From the NCBI RefSeq assembly GCF_009914755.1, contig NC_060926.1: DNA of 64,000 nucleotides. The stretch is one strand, 5' to 3'. The notes under the pieces were generated by a model. That model did not search any database. It had not been told where the DNA came from and saw only the letters and a list, made by a program, of their open reading frames with translations. Positions 1 through 17,089 of this stretch are shown in pieces. A program made the translations under genes and the position numbers. The DNA comes from the human T2T-CHM13v2.0 reference genome, Homo sapiens. The number at the start of each line of letters is the position of its first letter. Within the stretch, counting starts at the first letter, position 1.

Positions 1-361
1 GAGTCAGCCAAGACCAAAAAGGGCACTAGTCTTAAAATATATAGCTAGATTTCCTAAAAATCATCTTTACATGTCTTTCTTCCCAAAGTCTGGCTCCTCC
101 TGGTGGCAGTTCGTTTCTTCTTGCCCTCTGCCCTCTTCCTCTGTTTCTTCACCAGCTGCCACACTCATCTGCCTTGCCTTCTTACCCTGGCCTGCCTTTT
201 CTTATTCCTGCATGGGTAGAGCACACTAGCCTGTCTTGGTGTTGGCCACTCCCCCCACCACCCATTCCTCTTACCTCCATCAGGACGAGTCATAGATGGT
301 TGAATAAGCAGTTTATCCTCCTTCCGAGTGAAGGGAGGGAGGCATTGCAAATACTGGCAAT

Positions 362-429
362 TATATATATGTGTGTGTGTATATATATATTTTTATATGT
401 GTGTATACATATACACATACATATATATA
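362..429. repeat. (TA)n/(TG)n/(CA)n mixed microsatellite
   Basis: Alternating TATATA/TGTGTG/TACATA runs are directly visible. Confidence 0.9.
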
Positions 430-699
430 GTCCATTTGTACAAATCCATTTCTAGTGCCTCAGGTTAAGATAGAAGAGGTTTTTCCTCCCGTGACCCCTT
501 CATCTGTGTCCTGGACCCCATTCACTCTCATCCTCTTGGGATGCTTACTTTATGCATAATTTCTTCCATTTCTTATATCTTTCACCTTTTCATCCCCAGT
601 GGATCCTTCTCATCTGAGTGTACATGGGCTTCTACCATTCCAATTTAAAAGAGAACAAGACAAAACAAAACCTTCATCTTCCCCTTGCACCCCTTTATC

Positions 700-1200
700 T
701 ACTCTATCTCCCCTTTTATAGCCAATCTTTGTCATGGAATTGTCTATTTGTTGTATCCATTTCTTCCCTTCCCAGACACTCCTCAATCCACGGTGATTAA
801 AATTCTAACCCAGCCACTCCACAGAAAGCTGGCTACCTAAAGTCATCCCCTGCCTGCTTGTTCTGAATGTGAAAGAGAGCCTCAGTCCTTAATTTTTCTA
901 TAGCATTTGACATTGTGGATTCCTTTCCCTTCTTGAAATATTATTTTCTTGCAGCTTTTTAGTGCTCTCCTATTCCTTAGTCTCTGTAGGCTTATCTTTC
1001 TTTATACACTATTAAAATATAAGTCGTATTCAGGGGCACTCTTCTGACTTTGGGAGAAATGGGGAGATGCCATTCATTGCTGTGGCTTCCGTTAATACAT
1101 ACATACTATTGACTCCCATGCTTAGATCAGGCCTCACTTTGGGAGGCAGGATACAGATCCCTTCTGCTTGGAGAACAGAACTCCAAACTCAACTTGGATT
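700..1200 (+). mobile_element. L2 LINE fragment (old, degraded)
   Basis: 'ccactccacagaaagctgg...ctcagtcctt...gcatttgacattgtggattcc...cttcttgaaa' resembles the L2 consensus; edges approximate. Confidence 0.6.
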
Positions 1201-1483
1201 TTAACCCCAAAATGGTGCAGTCTGAGGGTGGGCCTGTTTTTCTGGCCCAAACCAATAATTTGCTGAATTACCCTTCTGTTACAAAAAACCTCTCTCAAAC
1301 ATGTTCTATCACTACCACCACCAATTTTGTTGTATTGATCTCCTTTGGGGCTGAAATACAGACTTTAAAATCTTCTTACATTCTTCGATAGTCTAGTGTT
1401 TATAGTGTAAACTTTATAGAATTTGTCCCGCTAATTAAGCCAAAATTTTAGAATGCGAAAGTCTTTTCTATCTCAAAACTGCT

Positions 1484-1818
<335 letters not shown>

Positions 1819-3262
1819 TAAAAATAAAAAAAACCTTTGACTGTCTGTATTTTGGATAAATAAATCTATTTAGACAAGCAGTTGGCTTCTTTGTTTCCTT
1901 CAGTTCTTTTACTGTCCTTGGGGTAACTGAATGATCTCATAGGGTCAATGAGATACAAACTTTTAAATATTTTAACCTACACAGGAATGGAAAAGGGAAT
2001 TGAGTTGGTGAGAGGAATCATTCAAGAGAAGAGACTCTTGACCCTTGAACATGAAGGTCCAAGAGAATACTCCTTTGCTTATCTGAACAGATTCCTTATC
2101 ATCTGAAATGTATCTATCTCATGTTGAAACTGGTAATGGTTGGAAGACTCCATCTAATTTTTCAACACTTCATGAGTAAATGGATTTATGATTGAGGGTA
2201 TGGCTATTTGTTGGGCATTCATAATTAAAATGTGGTGAAAGATAGAACTAAATCCACTGGCCTTGTCCAATTTCATCCTGATTAAATAGGCACAAGCTAA
2301 TTTCCATCCAGGCCAATCTACATAGGTAAAGGAGTTAATGTTTAAGAAACTATTTTGAACCTTTGAGCCCTAATTACATTTTGGAAAAGTTTCTTGTGAC
2401 AGAGAAGAAGTCTGATGATTTGGATCAGGAAAATAAATTTTTATATTACCTTTTTAACTTCTTTAAAGCCACTTTTTGTAGAAGAATATGGAATATATTT
2501 GAACCTTCCAGAGATGAAGAAAGTAAAACATTTCATAAATTCAAATCATGTCGTAGTTAAATTAATCCAAAATTTAACTGTTAGTCAATGACAGAGAAAT
2601 GGAAGAAGGTGTGACATGCTTCAGTTGCTGGACTCTTATCATCCAGGCATGCAATTGCATTTTGAACAGATTGGAATCACATGAAGAGATTATTGGACCA
2701 CCTAACAAAACGAGCATCCCAGTAATCAATCTCAGAAATAATAAAAGCATGAATTAAATGTTTTTGATCAATATTCACCCAACTCATATCCTTAATGATA
2801 ATACTTAACTGAAAGAAAGACCTTTGCTTCAAGGTTCATTTGAAATTCACAGAGAACTCTAAATTTGTTTTGACATCCTAATGCTTCTGGAAAGTATGAG
2901 TCCTGTATTTCATTTTGTAGAATTAGAGCAGACTGCATAACATGCTCTTATATAGCACAGACTGTCTCTACTTTTTCATTCTATGTTTTAATAAGAGAAA
3001 ATGTAATGGGGAAGGGAGACAGAGGGGAAGGAATCTTTGTATTGGGGAGTGGGAGGAAAGAGCCATGTGTACAGCTCTCTCCTGTGAATGGTGCCTGTGC
3101 CCTCTTTAAAGGTATGTCTCTTGCAGATAAATTCAAACAATGGAAGCAGCTATCTGTCTGAACCTGACAGTACTTATTAATTCAGAGGACAGAATCATAG
3201 TTCTAGCTTCATCTTAATTAAGTGGGTTTCTACAGTTTTTCTTCTTCTAAAAGGGGAACGTG

Positions 3263-3475
3263 TGTGTTAGTCCATTTGCATTGCTGTGAAAGAATACCTC
3301 AGACTGGGTAATTTGTAAAGATATGAGGTTTATTTGGGCTCACAGTTCTGCGGCCTGTACAGGAAGCATGATGCTGGCATCTGCTCCTGGTGAGGGCCTC
3401 AGGAAGCTTGCAATCATGGTGGAAGGTGAAGGGGGAGCAGGCATGTCACTGACGAGAGCTGGAGCAAGAGAGAGA
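3263..3475 (-). mobile_element. MST-family MaLR LTR, 3' half only
   Basis: Starts 'tgtgttagtccatttgcattgctgtgaaagaatacctcagactgggtaattt', the reverse complement of the MST LTR end. Confidence 0.85.
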
Positions 3476-3532
3476 AGACTGGTCTCAAATTCCTGGGCTC
3501 AAGCCATCCTCCCGCCTTGGCCTCCCAAAGTG
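3476..3532 (-). mobile_element. Short Alu left-arm fragment
   Basis: 'ctggtctcaaattcctgggctcaagccatcctcccgccttggcctcccaaagtg'. Confidence 0.85.
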
Positions 3533-5989
3533 GGCCTGGCATCTTGTAGGTTCTCAATAAGTGTTTGTAGTTTTGGTATCTGGAGCCAACTAGAATTTGA
3601 TCTGAAAACAAAGTTTACATTAAATAACAAAACTGAATTTCCCCCCATTCTAAGTGAATCTCCAGAATGATTCATTTCCCTATCTGTAAAATATGAAGAC
3701 TAACCCTTACTTCATGGAGTTATTAGGGGACCTCAATGAGATAACACAGGAAAGTCCTTCATAAACAATCCAGCTCTATTAAAATAGAAGGTTTATCATG
3801 GAAAAAACCAAACCAGAGCCCTTGATAAATTCTTAGTTATTGTGTTATTGTTTTGGGTTTTTAAAAAAATTAATATGTGCTTTTTAAGGAATAATTTTGA
3901 GCATCTGAAGTTAAAATATTGAAAAATCTCTTTGCTAAAAGTCCTTTCCCTGTGGGTAATTTTATGCTGTATATTAGAAAGCACAGGAAGTCCAACATCT
4001 TGCATGGAGTTAATGGTAAATTTTGTGTCTTGAGAACTATAGATGGAAAATTGTTTTCTAATATTTAGATGTTTCACCCATGTAGCTGTGTATGGGATAT
4101 GGGATGGGGGTGTTTGTCAGCTCAGCCTCTTAGCCATCCACCCTCTCACTGCATTTTGATGATTTTTATTATGCACAACCATACAATATTGCTGATATTT
4201 GACTCTACTTTTGACCTACAAAAATGGTGATTTTGTATGTTCAGCCTTAATATAAGTATATTTCTGTTATTGAATGTGTGTTTGTTTATCTGCTCTGTCT
4301 CACATACGCATTTGGAGGGCAGGGATTGTATGTCATATCTAAAAGGAAGTCCAGAAATCTGAGCTCAGACAATGTAAAATATAAAATGTAGAGGTAAAGT
4401 GTCTTTTCATATGGGCTGCAGATACTATTATTGACATCCTTCATGGAGACAAATGCACTGGAAATCATAGGTGCTTAATAGCTGGGGACATCCTACGGGT
4501 GAACTCCACTCCCGGGGAGTGGGCATTTCAAACTAGGAGCAATCCTGACAAACTGGTAACCTGGGTGTGCTGCAGCACCCCTGAGTCATCTCCTCATTCC
4601 CGAGTCCCGCTGCCTTCCTATTAACTCACTTCCCTCTGCTGTTACCACTGTGTGGATACTGCTGCTTTCACCTGCAGCTTACCCAATTAGGGGGAGATAG
4701 GGTGTCCCTGTTGCACTACTTTTCAAGCCTCTTTTATTGTAACCCATAGTAGGAATACATTTCACATCATGACCCGGTACACTATACTGTATGACGTATA
4801 TATGCATATGATCAGCCAGTCAATCAATCTATCTAATTCTATTCTGTTCTATTCTATTCTATGATATATATCTTGGTAGGTCAGTTCCCAGTTCTGAGAA
4901 GCTATCCATCATGTCTTTTTTGAATAAGGACCCAACTAAACTTGTGGAGACCTTTATGCTTCATGAGAGAGGGAAAAAATGCCAGTTCAATCTTTAAGCT
5001 TTTTATCCCTCTTAAGTAGCTGTGGCCTGTGTCAGTTTATGTCAGGATTTGTTTTCCTATTCCTGGTTTTGAGAAGCCACAGCCTTGCAGATAAACCCCA
5101 GACTAGACTGGGGCTATGGCTTCAGTAACAAAGTTCTGGAACCCATGGAATTAATTATAGGTGGTAATGGCTTCAGTCACGGTGGGATGTTTCAGTTTGA
5201 CCATGACTATCACGAGAGATATGCTGCTGTGTGCATGGATATAGCCAGGTGAGATTACTTATCTTTATGCTTGTTTCCTATTTCAAATATGACTTTATAA
5301 TTTTTTCCTATCTATAAATTGAGATTTAAATTTATTAAAATTCCTATGCAGAGACGTATAACTAAATACAGACTATGGATTTTGCTAGGAGAATCAGTAG
5401 CTTGGGAATATTTTGGCTTTGATTAAAACTTTTGAAATGTTGTGAAAAGAGGTATAGCACCTTTAACTCAATTCTAAATTTTTGGTATAAAACTTGTATA
5501 TTTATTTCTATTAGAATTAAGAAAAATAAACACCACTTGCCTGCCTTAAGTCTCAGATAGTCTGTTTAAATGTGGCTTTTCCAGTGGTCCACTGCTTTTA
5601 ATTCAGTGACCTATATTTTCTAGGGGAAAAAAAGAGGCAGTTTCTTCTCCTCATAGGGTTGTTCCATCATTATCAAACTAGACTGTATCATATCTGAAAT
5701 CCTGCTAATCAGGCAGGAACTAGAGGCACAAGGCTTTCTTGTTCAGGTGAATTCAGAATGGATTTAGTGTGTTGCTCAAAGGGAAAACTTTTGAATTAAC
5801 TTGCCTTAGACTTGCACTGATTTTTGAGGTGTGGAGGCCCTTGGCAGAGTGTTTTGATTGGTATCGGCCTGCTTTCTGCAGTGAGAAAGCTGACTCAAGG
5901 GATATGTGACAATCATAGGAGATTTCCTTTCAAGAACTCACAGAAATGGCTTACAGAGCCCAGGGTTAGATGGAGGGTAGTGGAGGGCA

Positions 5990-6130
5990 AGGCACAAAAT
6001 CTGGATGATTTATCTCAGCCTCTGACACATTTTATATCGTTGAGTAAATCACTTAACCTCTCTTTGCCAGGGCCTTCAGTTGTAAAATGGAAATAAGGTT
6101 CCCATTTCATAGACCTCACTAAAAGGGATA
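5990..6130 (+). mobile_element. MIR fragment
   Basis: 'ttgagtaaatcacttaacctctct...ccttcagttgtaaaatggaaataa' matches the MIR core. Confidence 0.65.
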
Positions 6131-6319
6131 TTATCTATTTTGACCCAAAAAAGCAGACTTTTTTTTTTTTTTTTGCACTGAAGGTAATTCTAAAAGAGTT
6201 ACAACAGTATTTTGAGATGACAGCATTATCGAAATAAGCAAATGACCAGCCAAAGGAAGTATATATTAAATTAGGGTAAGTCCTTCAGATTAAAAAAAAA
6301 ATGCATTGAGAAGCTGCTA

Positions 6320-6530
6320 TTTTCAAGACACTTTCCAATTCACTTTTACATGGCTGTTTAATCCTCCCAGTAGTTCTGGGTGGCAGTTGGTTATTTTCCT
6401 GTTTCTAATTTTATGAATAACATAACTGAGGCTCAGAGAAGTTAACCAACTTGCTTGGAGTCACACAGCAAGGAAGTAGCTGTGCCCAGCTTCAAGTCTG
6501 ATGTTAGGTCCAGAATCCTTCCCATGATGT
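6320..6530 (-). mobile_element. MIR fragment
   Basis: 'aactgaggctcagagaagttaaccaacttgcttggagtcacacagc' matches the reverse MIR core. Confidence 0.75.
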
Positions 6531-7007
6531 ATCATCTGCCTTTGATGTGGGATTAAGAGATAATAGCATATCTGAAAACAAACCTACTTTCTGAGAAAAC
6601 TGGATAAATGAAAGACCTATATTTAGTTTCTAAATCTTACTTCAGTTTCCAAATTTGCTTTATTCTCTGGAGCTGTTTTTCTTTAAGGTATATATTGTAT
6701 TGTTTCCACTTTGTTGTTTCTATCAAATGCATTTGTTAGTTGTTAATGGTTCTTTACTAGTTCTTTTAGCACTGGTTAACAAAACTCTTCAGAGGCTTAT
6801 CTGTGACGAACTATTATTCCTTTTTAAGATATATGACTGACTCCTGGTGAATAATCTTTGCAGCATTGTTATGCCTATTTTCATAATTTACAACTTTTAG
6901 GATAAGGCATCCTTCAATCCAACTGGGTAGTCTGCTAGTTGCCAAGCCCAGGGTAGTTGTATGTTGTGTTTTTGACATCTCATCTAAGAGGATGAAAAGT
7001 TGAACAG

Positions 7008-7397
7008 TGACGTGGTTTGGCCCTGTGTCCCCACCCAAATCTCATGTTGAATTGTAATCCCTACTTGTTGGGGGAAGGGCCTGGTGGGAGGTGATTGGAT
7101 CATGGGGGCGGATTTCTCCCTTGCTGTTCTCATGATGGTGAGTGAGTTCTCACGAGATCTGATGGTTTAAAAATATGTGGCACTTCCCCCCTCGCTCCCT
7201 CTCTCTCTTTCCTGCTCCACCATGGTAAGACATGCCTGCTTCCCCTTCACCTTTCTCCTTGATTGTAAGTTTCCCAAGGCCTCCTAGCCATGTTTCCTGT
7301 ACAGTCTATGGAACTGTGAGTCTATTAAACTTATTTTCTTCATAAATTACCCAGTCTCAGATAGTTCTTTATAGCAGTGAGAGAATGGCCTAATACC
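7008..7397 (+). mobile_element. MSTA-like MaLR solo LTR, complete
   Basis: Runs from 'tgacgtggtttggccctgtgtccccacccaaatctcatg' to 'gagaatggcctaatac'; 5-bp TSD AACAG/AGCAG. Confidence 0.92.
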
Positions 7398-8153
7398 AGC
7401 AGATTCCTGCTTTTCCTTCCAGCTTCACAAGCAGTAGTGGTGTTACAAATCCCCTCTCACTTCAGGCTTTCTATGTCTGTGAAGAGTTCAGACTGACCGG
7501 AACCATTTATTGAATACCCCTTACTTGGGTGCATTAGTCAAATGCAATTGATTGTTATAACATGCCACCAGCTTAGGAGAGGGAATCAGACTCCTTAATT
7601 GAAGATGCAACTTTGGAGGACAGAGTGTAAATCATTGAATACAAAGTCCAATAATTTTCTCACAGTGAATACAATGTGTCTATAATTGCATTCTCAATAC
7701 AGCCAGACAAAGCAGAGATGGCTGATATTCAAGACTAGGCATTGGGAGACTCCTAAGAACCTTTCTCAAGATTCATCCAGTTTTACGTCTTGTCTGGAAA
7801 TGTTCTCATGTTTCTCAGGGAACCTTGTTCAGAGGGATGCTGCTAGGTATAGTATCCATGTACAATTAAGATTACAATAAAATTAAAGTTAATGTATTAG
7901 AGAATACTTTGAAAGCCAAGACATTTTAACTGTCATCCATATTATAACCTTGGCATAGTCTTTAGATTGTATATCTTACAAAGGATACAAGAGCAACTCT
8001 AGGTCTTTCCTCCTTGGTCCTTCAGCTGCTACCCTCTTTCCTAATTCAACAATAACTCATAATCATTTAGCACAAACTAGAGATATGTACAAATGCAATG
8101 ATTTAGGTAAAGATTTCCTTGTTGTTGCCGTTGACTTTAAAGAAATGAGTTTA

Positions 8154-8783
8154 TCAGGACATAGGCATGGACAAAAACTTCATGACTAAAACACCAAAAG
8201 CAATGGCAACAAAAGCCAAAACTGACAAATGGGTTCTAATTAAACTAAAGAGCTTCTGCACAGCAAAAGGAATATCATCAGAGTGAACCGACAACCTAAG
8301 GAATAGGAGAACATTTTTGCAATCTATCCATCTGATAAAGGGCTAATATCCAGAACCTACAAAGAACTCAACCAAATTTACAAGAAGAAAACAAACAACC
8401 TAATCAAAAAGTGGGCAAAGGATATGAACAGGCACTTCTCAAAAGAAGACATTTATGCGGCCAACAAACATATGAAAAAAAGCTCATCACCACTGGTCAT
8501 TAGAGAACTGCAAATAAAAACCACAATGAGATACCGTCTCACACCAGTTAGAATGGCAATCATTAGAAAGTCAGGACACAATAGATGCTGGAGAGGATGT
8601 GGAGAAATAGGAACACTTTTACACTGTTGGTGGGAGTATAAATTAGTTCAACCATTGTGGAAGACAGTGTGGTAATTCCTCAAGGATCTAGAACCAGAAA
8701 TACCATTTGACCCAGCAATCCCATTACTGGGTAGATACCCAAAGGATTATAAATAATTCTATTATAAAGACACGTGCACGTGT
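8154..8783 (+). mobile_element. Outer L1PA (L1PA6/7-like), 5'-truncated, first segment (ORF2 C-terminal region)
   Basis: ORF 8424-8675 '[19 protein letters not shown]...[17 protein letters not shown]' is the ORF2p Cys-rich end; left TSD AAAGAAATGAGTTTA at 8139-8153. Confidence 0.95.
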
Positions 8784-8784
8784 A

Positions 8785-11608
<2,824 letters not shown>

Positions 11609-12078
11609 GCAGCACTATTCACAACAGCAAAGACTTGGAACAAACCCAAATGCCCATCAGTGATAGATTGGATAAAGAAAATGGGGCATATATACACCAT
11701 GGAATACTATGCAGGCATAAAAAAGGATGAGTTCATGTCCTTTGCAGGGACATGGATGAAGCTGGAAATCCATCATTCTCAGCAAACTAACACAGGAACA
11801 GAAAACCAAACACCCCACATGTTCTCACTCATAAGTGGGAGTTGAAAAATGAGAACATATGGACACAGGGAGGGGAACATCACACATTGGGTCCTGTCAG
11901 AGGGTGGGGGACCAGGGGAGGGATAGCATTAGGAGAAATACCTCATGTAGATGATGGGTTGATGGGTGCAGCAAACCACCATGCATACAAACCACCATGG
12001 CACGTGTATACCTATGTAACAAACCGTAAATTTTGCACATGTATCTCAGAACTTAAAGTATAAAAAAAAAAAAAAAGA
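11609..12078 (+). mobile_element. Outer L1PA, second segment (ORF2 end, 3'UTR, poly-A)
   Basis: Resumes with 'gcagcactattcacaacagcaaagacttgg', where the first segment stopped; poly-A, then right TSD AAAGAAATGAGTTTA at 12079-12093. Confidence 0.95.
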
Positions 12079-13209
12079 AAAGAAATGAGTTTAAAGTCCA
12101 GTTCAAGACCTGGATGATGAGCTGTTCCCTACTGGAACTAAACCTTGCTTTTCTCACTTTGCTGGGCTGCGGCACCAGCTGTAACCCAAGTCCTTCACAT
12201 GCCCTAGACCGGCCTCTCAGATAAAAGACCCCTTCCTTCTGCCCTTGCTGCCTGTATTCTGGAAAGCACCCAGCCAAGTGCTGGCCTGAAGCTCTTTCTT
12301 CATTGCTACCCTGATGCCCCTGGAGTGTGTTATGGGTGACGGACCTTCTGTCTTCTCCATACCTTTGGAAAGCAGTGACTCTCCTAGCTATTGGAAAGAT
12401 GGTGCTGTATAATTTTAAACATACTGGAAATCTGCAATATGAATAGATCCTCAGTATGTTTTGTTCTTTCACTCTAAGATGATTGCTAAGAATAGAGGCA
12501 AATAAACTCTAAGAAACTTTGTCTGTGACCCCTCCGTGACTCAGCCAGCATTACTAATTTGCTGTGGGAGGCAGGTTTTGAATTTGTTAGAACAAATTAC
12601 TTAAGTTGTGCTCTTTGCATTAGAATCTGCACTTCAAATGAATTAATTCTACACCCACCTGGTGTGAAAAACAGCGTAAGGTTAGAGAGGTGGTAAAGTG
12701 GAACTAGAGATGGGGGAAGTGATGCTGTGGTTATTCTTCCTCCATCATTTCTGTGTAGGTCCTTCTGACCACATTTTCTATTGACAAGGTTACCTCCCCT
12801 AATCATTCTCTTCTATCTTTTTCCCACTCACCCAATTGTTGATGGACCCATTCACATTCTAACCTTGTACCTTACCTCAAAATATTCTGATGTCCATGTG
12901 AGTTTGTATCCAGAAGGATTCTCTGTGACAGTCTTATTTCTAGGAGAGTCTGTTCATTTCTAGGAAGGACTATAACTACAGCTTGGGGCAGATGGCAGCT
13001 GTCCAGATTGCAGTGTGTGATTATTTCTGTAGTTATTCCTGTTAAAAAAACATCCAAGTTTGTTAAAAATTGTCGGGAAGAAGCTCAGGAAAGGGACAGC
13101 ATATTTCACTGAGAGCCATCAGAACTTTATTCTTTTAGAGAATGAAGGCAGGTAAAGTAGACAGATGGATTTAGAAACAACACCTGGATGAGAAGTCTTA
13201 TATATTACA

Positions 13210-14080
13210 TTCCCTGCTAAAGTAAAGAACTCAAAATATTTTATCAATTGACAAGGAAAGTCCACTAGCTAGAAAAAATGGGCAACAATGTGTATAGGCG
13301 ATTCACAAAGAAAGGAATATATTTCTTCTTTTGGTCGATAATTATGTAAATATCACTAGTAGTCATAAAGACGTAAATGGAGACAATTAGATATGCTTTT
13401 TCACTCACCAGATTGGCAGTGATGGAAGTAATCAATAAATATGCAGTGATGGGAAAGCTGTGGGGAAACAAGTACTCTTGTACTCTGCAGGTGGGGCTGC
13501 AAATATTAGTTACATTTTGCAGTTGACAGGCAGTATTTATCAAAATTTTAAATGCACACACCATTTGGCCAAATACCCCTAAGTCTAGATATCTCTCCTT
13601 TGGAAATGCTTGCACATGTTCATAAAGATATTATATAAGGGCCTGTTTTTGGTAGTATTGTTTGCTATAGCCAACTACTGGAAAAACTCTAAATGTCCAT
13701 CAGTAAAGGACTAGTTAAGTAAATCATAATTCATGCTTAACTTGAAATACTATAAGCTGTTTAAAAAACTGAGAGATCTATATATACTGTTATGGAAATA
13801 TCTCCAAGACACACTGCTAATGCCCAAGCAGGAAGCTGCAGGGACAATACATATGATTATGATTCCATTCATTTAAAAAATAAACCTAAAGCCATAGCTT
13901 TGTATATATACTTAGATATGTACATAAATACACAGATAAAGTCATGTAATACTATATACCAAACCGTTGACAGTGCAGCAAAGAGAGGAATTGGGGTGGA
14001 GTGACGAAGCGGGACTTTTAATTTTTTACTCTACGTACTTCTGACCTTTGATATTTTATTACATCTCTATTACAATAAGG
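13210..14080 (+). mobile_element. Old L1M (L1ME-like) 3' fragment
   Basis: Degenerate 'aaaaaatgggcaa...aaatgtccatcagtaaaggactagttaagtaaat' L1M 3' motifs. Confidence 0.7.
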
Positions 14081-14087
14081 ATGAATT

Positions 14088-14341
14088 ACTTTGGGAGGCC
14101 GAGACGAGCAGATCACTTGAGTCCAGTAGTTTGATACCAGCTTGGGCAACATGGCAAGACCCCGTCTCTACAAAAAAACACAAAAAATTAGCCAGGTATG
14201 GTGGTGTGCACCTGTAGTCCAAGCTACTCAGAGGCTGAGGTGGGAGGATCACTTGAACCTAGAAGGTCAAGGCTGCAGTGAGCCGTGATCATACCACTGT
14301 ACTGCAGCCTGGGTGACAGAGTGTGACCCTGTCTCCAAAAA
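14088..14341 (+). mobile_element. AluJ, 5'-truncated
   Basis: J-type 'ggaggatcacttgaacctagaaggtcaaggctgcagtgagc'; TSD-like ATGAATTACTT/ATGGATTACTT. Confidence 0.93.
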
Positions 14342-15169
14342 ATGGATTACTTGTATAATTTGTTAAGCGTATATAAAAATAGGAAAGTTGCAACTTAGCT
14401 TTCTGGGAAAAGTACTCTGAATTGCCTCCCAAAGAGACTGTTCAGGAAACCAAAGGTGGGTGGTACAACAAAAGCTTTTCCTTTTTATTTTGGTAGTGGT
14501 TGGTCCATTTATATAATGGAGCATGACAGGCTTTTTTCCGTACACTTTTCGGGAAGCATACCTGCATAGCCTGCAAATGAGGTGGCCATCACAAACAGCT
14601 AGCTGAGACAGCGACTTACCTGCAGACTGAAGGGGTGGGGGAATCACATGCCCACTTGCTGACTGGAACCAAAGAGTCCATCATTAAACATAAAATGTTG
14701 CTCAGGTCCCACTGTCTACCTCACTTCCCTGATGCCCCAGAGCTCTGGTGGACTCAGTGCTCCGCGCTCTGGGGAGCTCAGGAAGCCTAGGGCTCACAGC
14801 TATCATTAGATTCAATAGAGCTCACGCTCTATAAAATGTGCTTCTCTAGGCTCCTAACCAGCAGGCATAGCATTGCATCTCCCTGACACCTTCCTGAACT
14901 TCTATAAGTACACATTGCATAGTAATTCATTGTTTACATGTCAGTCTTCTTCTTTACTCTGTCTTTATTCATTTCTGTATTCCCAGAGCTCAATACAGTG
15001 CCTGGTATATAGGAAATGCTCAAGAAATGACTAGAATAAAGGATAAAAAGTCTAGATTTTGAAGAACTGTCTTATAAGTGAACTTTTGAAAACCTGGGCT
15101 TTCCTTGGTTGGATATAAGGGAAATGTATAGAAGCACGATAATTAAAAACTGGTACAATTAAAACTTAG

Positions 15170-15420
15170 CTATATGGCTAGTTGGTTCAATGTTTAGGCT
15201 TTGGAGTTAATAGCTTATGTTCAAATCCTGGCATTTCCACTTACTAGCCAGTGACTTGACAAGTTCTTTAACCTGCTTGTGCCTCAGTTTCCTCCTCTGT
15301 AAAATGGAGATACCAAAGTCAATCTACCTCACAGGCTGGTTGCTAGGATTCAAGAGATAGTGAACGCAAAGCTTTAACAGTGGGAATGGCACATAGATAA
15401 ATTCATTTGTTGTTCACTCT
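15170..15420 (+). mobile_element. MIR
   Basis: 'ttcaaatcctggcatttccacttactagcc...gtgcctcagtttcctcctctgtaaaatggag'. Confidence 0.85.
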
Positions 15421-17089
15421 TAGTGATTGTTGTCTAGAACCTTCAAGACATGTCATTCTAGTTGGTCAAGTTTTTTGAATACCCCTTTAAAAACTGAGTT
15501 TTTCTTATTTAACCAACTTTGTGTATTATCTTTTAAAAATGGCTTCTATTTCCTGAAACAATATAATGAGCATCTCCATTTTAACTCAGGAACATTGTCA
15601 TAAGCAGTAATTATTGTCCTGTGCACAACACAGAAATACTGCCCACGCTTGTGGAGGTGTGTGGAGGTGTCACACTTCCCAACTACTCTGATTTTTGAGT
15701 TCTTCTGCCTTACATTTATTAATGGTCAACTTTCAATTCTTACTAAGCTCCATGGCCAGCTTTTAGTACTTTCTTTGACTGTTTTTCTTTTTTCTAATAT
15801 ACTGTGCTCTTGGGAATCAGACTACCAAGTATGTTATAATTGTGTAGAAATAAGAGTGGCTTGATGAGGCTCTTACTGAGCTCTCTAATGAATAAGGCGA
15901 ATGCTTTTTATAATTTCCACATTGGTTGAATTCTTTCCTATTTAATGCCAATATTTTATGTATTTAAAACAGACAAAGTTTTAGCATATGCAAAAAAGTT
16001 TTATTCTATTTTCTATTCTACAGTTTTAACTTGAATTCAACATAATGCCATGGACTGAGCTAGAAGTTTTAGCACTTCCTCGGATAGAAGGAAGCAGCCT
16101 GCACTGTGGGGAAGGACATTAGGTTCAGGTCTTGGATCTGCTAGTTAGTTGCTGTGTGAGCTCAGTTTCATCTTCTCTAACAAGGAAAATAAGATGGGCA
16201 CTCAGTTGTCAGCAAGGCTTAAATAGTCTGTTAATATCAGTGAAAGTGCTAACATTTTGTTGTTAGAAATGGTATTACTCCAACACGTTTGTAGTTTTTT
16301 AAATTGTACTTCTAAGGATCTGTATTGAGAGACTACTTTGGTATGCCTTATCAGAGAATTCATCAGTGGCCTTTAAATGACTCTTTTCATTTTAAACATT
16401 TTCTAAAACTGTTGTGAAGCTACTCTCTGAGGGATGATGGAGTAAGGTAGGGGGACAGGCTCTTAAAAATGCCACCCTATGGGGTTTAGTGAGCTGGGAG
16501 TTGGAAATCCCTTTTTCTAATAGATTTAACAATAAGCTCTTTTAGACATACAGATGGGAAAGCATTAAAATATATATGTGGTGTGTTCATGTTAACAGGG
16601 GACTGTTGATAATTAAGTAAATCCAACATTTTTCTTCTAAACTTATATTAACTTTTTCAAATTAAATTATTTCTGTACTAACCATCTGTCCTTGTGTTCC
16701 CAGCATGAAATGCCTTGTGATTAGTTAGTAAACTTTTACTCAATTTGAAATGTATCTGATACCGTTTCCCCGCTTCCATATTTACTTCCTCCTCTCTTTA
16801 GACCTCAATGGGTATCTGCCTGAAATGAATTCCTCTTTGCAGTCCTGTGTCCTCTGGGGCCAGCTGACCATGTTGAGACCTTGAGTTTGGATCCAATTTT
16901 GTCTTCATTACACACTTAATGGGCCTCACTCAGGGCCTGTTTAACTCTGTTGTTTAATGGAGTACAGGAACTTTAGAGACACCCAGGACTAAAATGCAAG
17001 AATCTAAAAGACATGGAAGCTGAATTTAAACCACAAAGAAGTTCAAAATGCACTATGAGAAGCTATCATAGGAGGAGGAGGAGGCTGTG

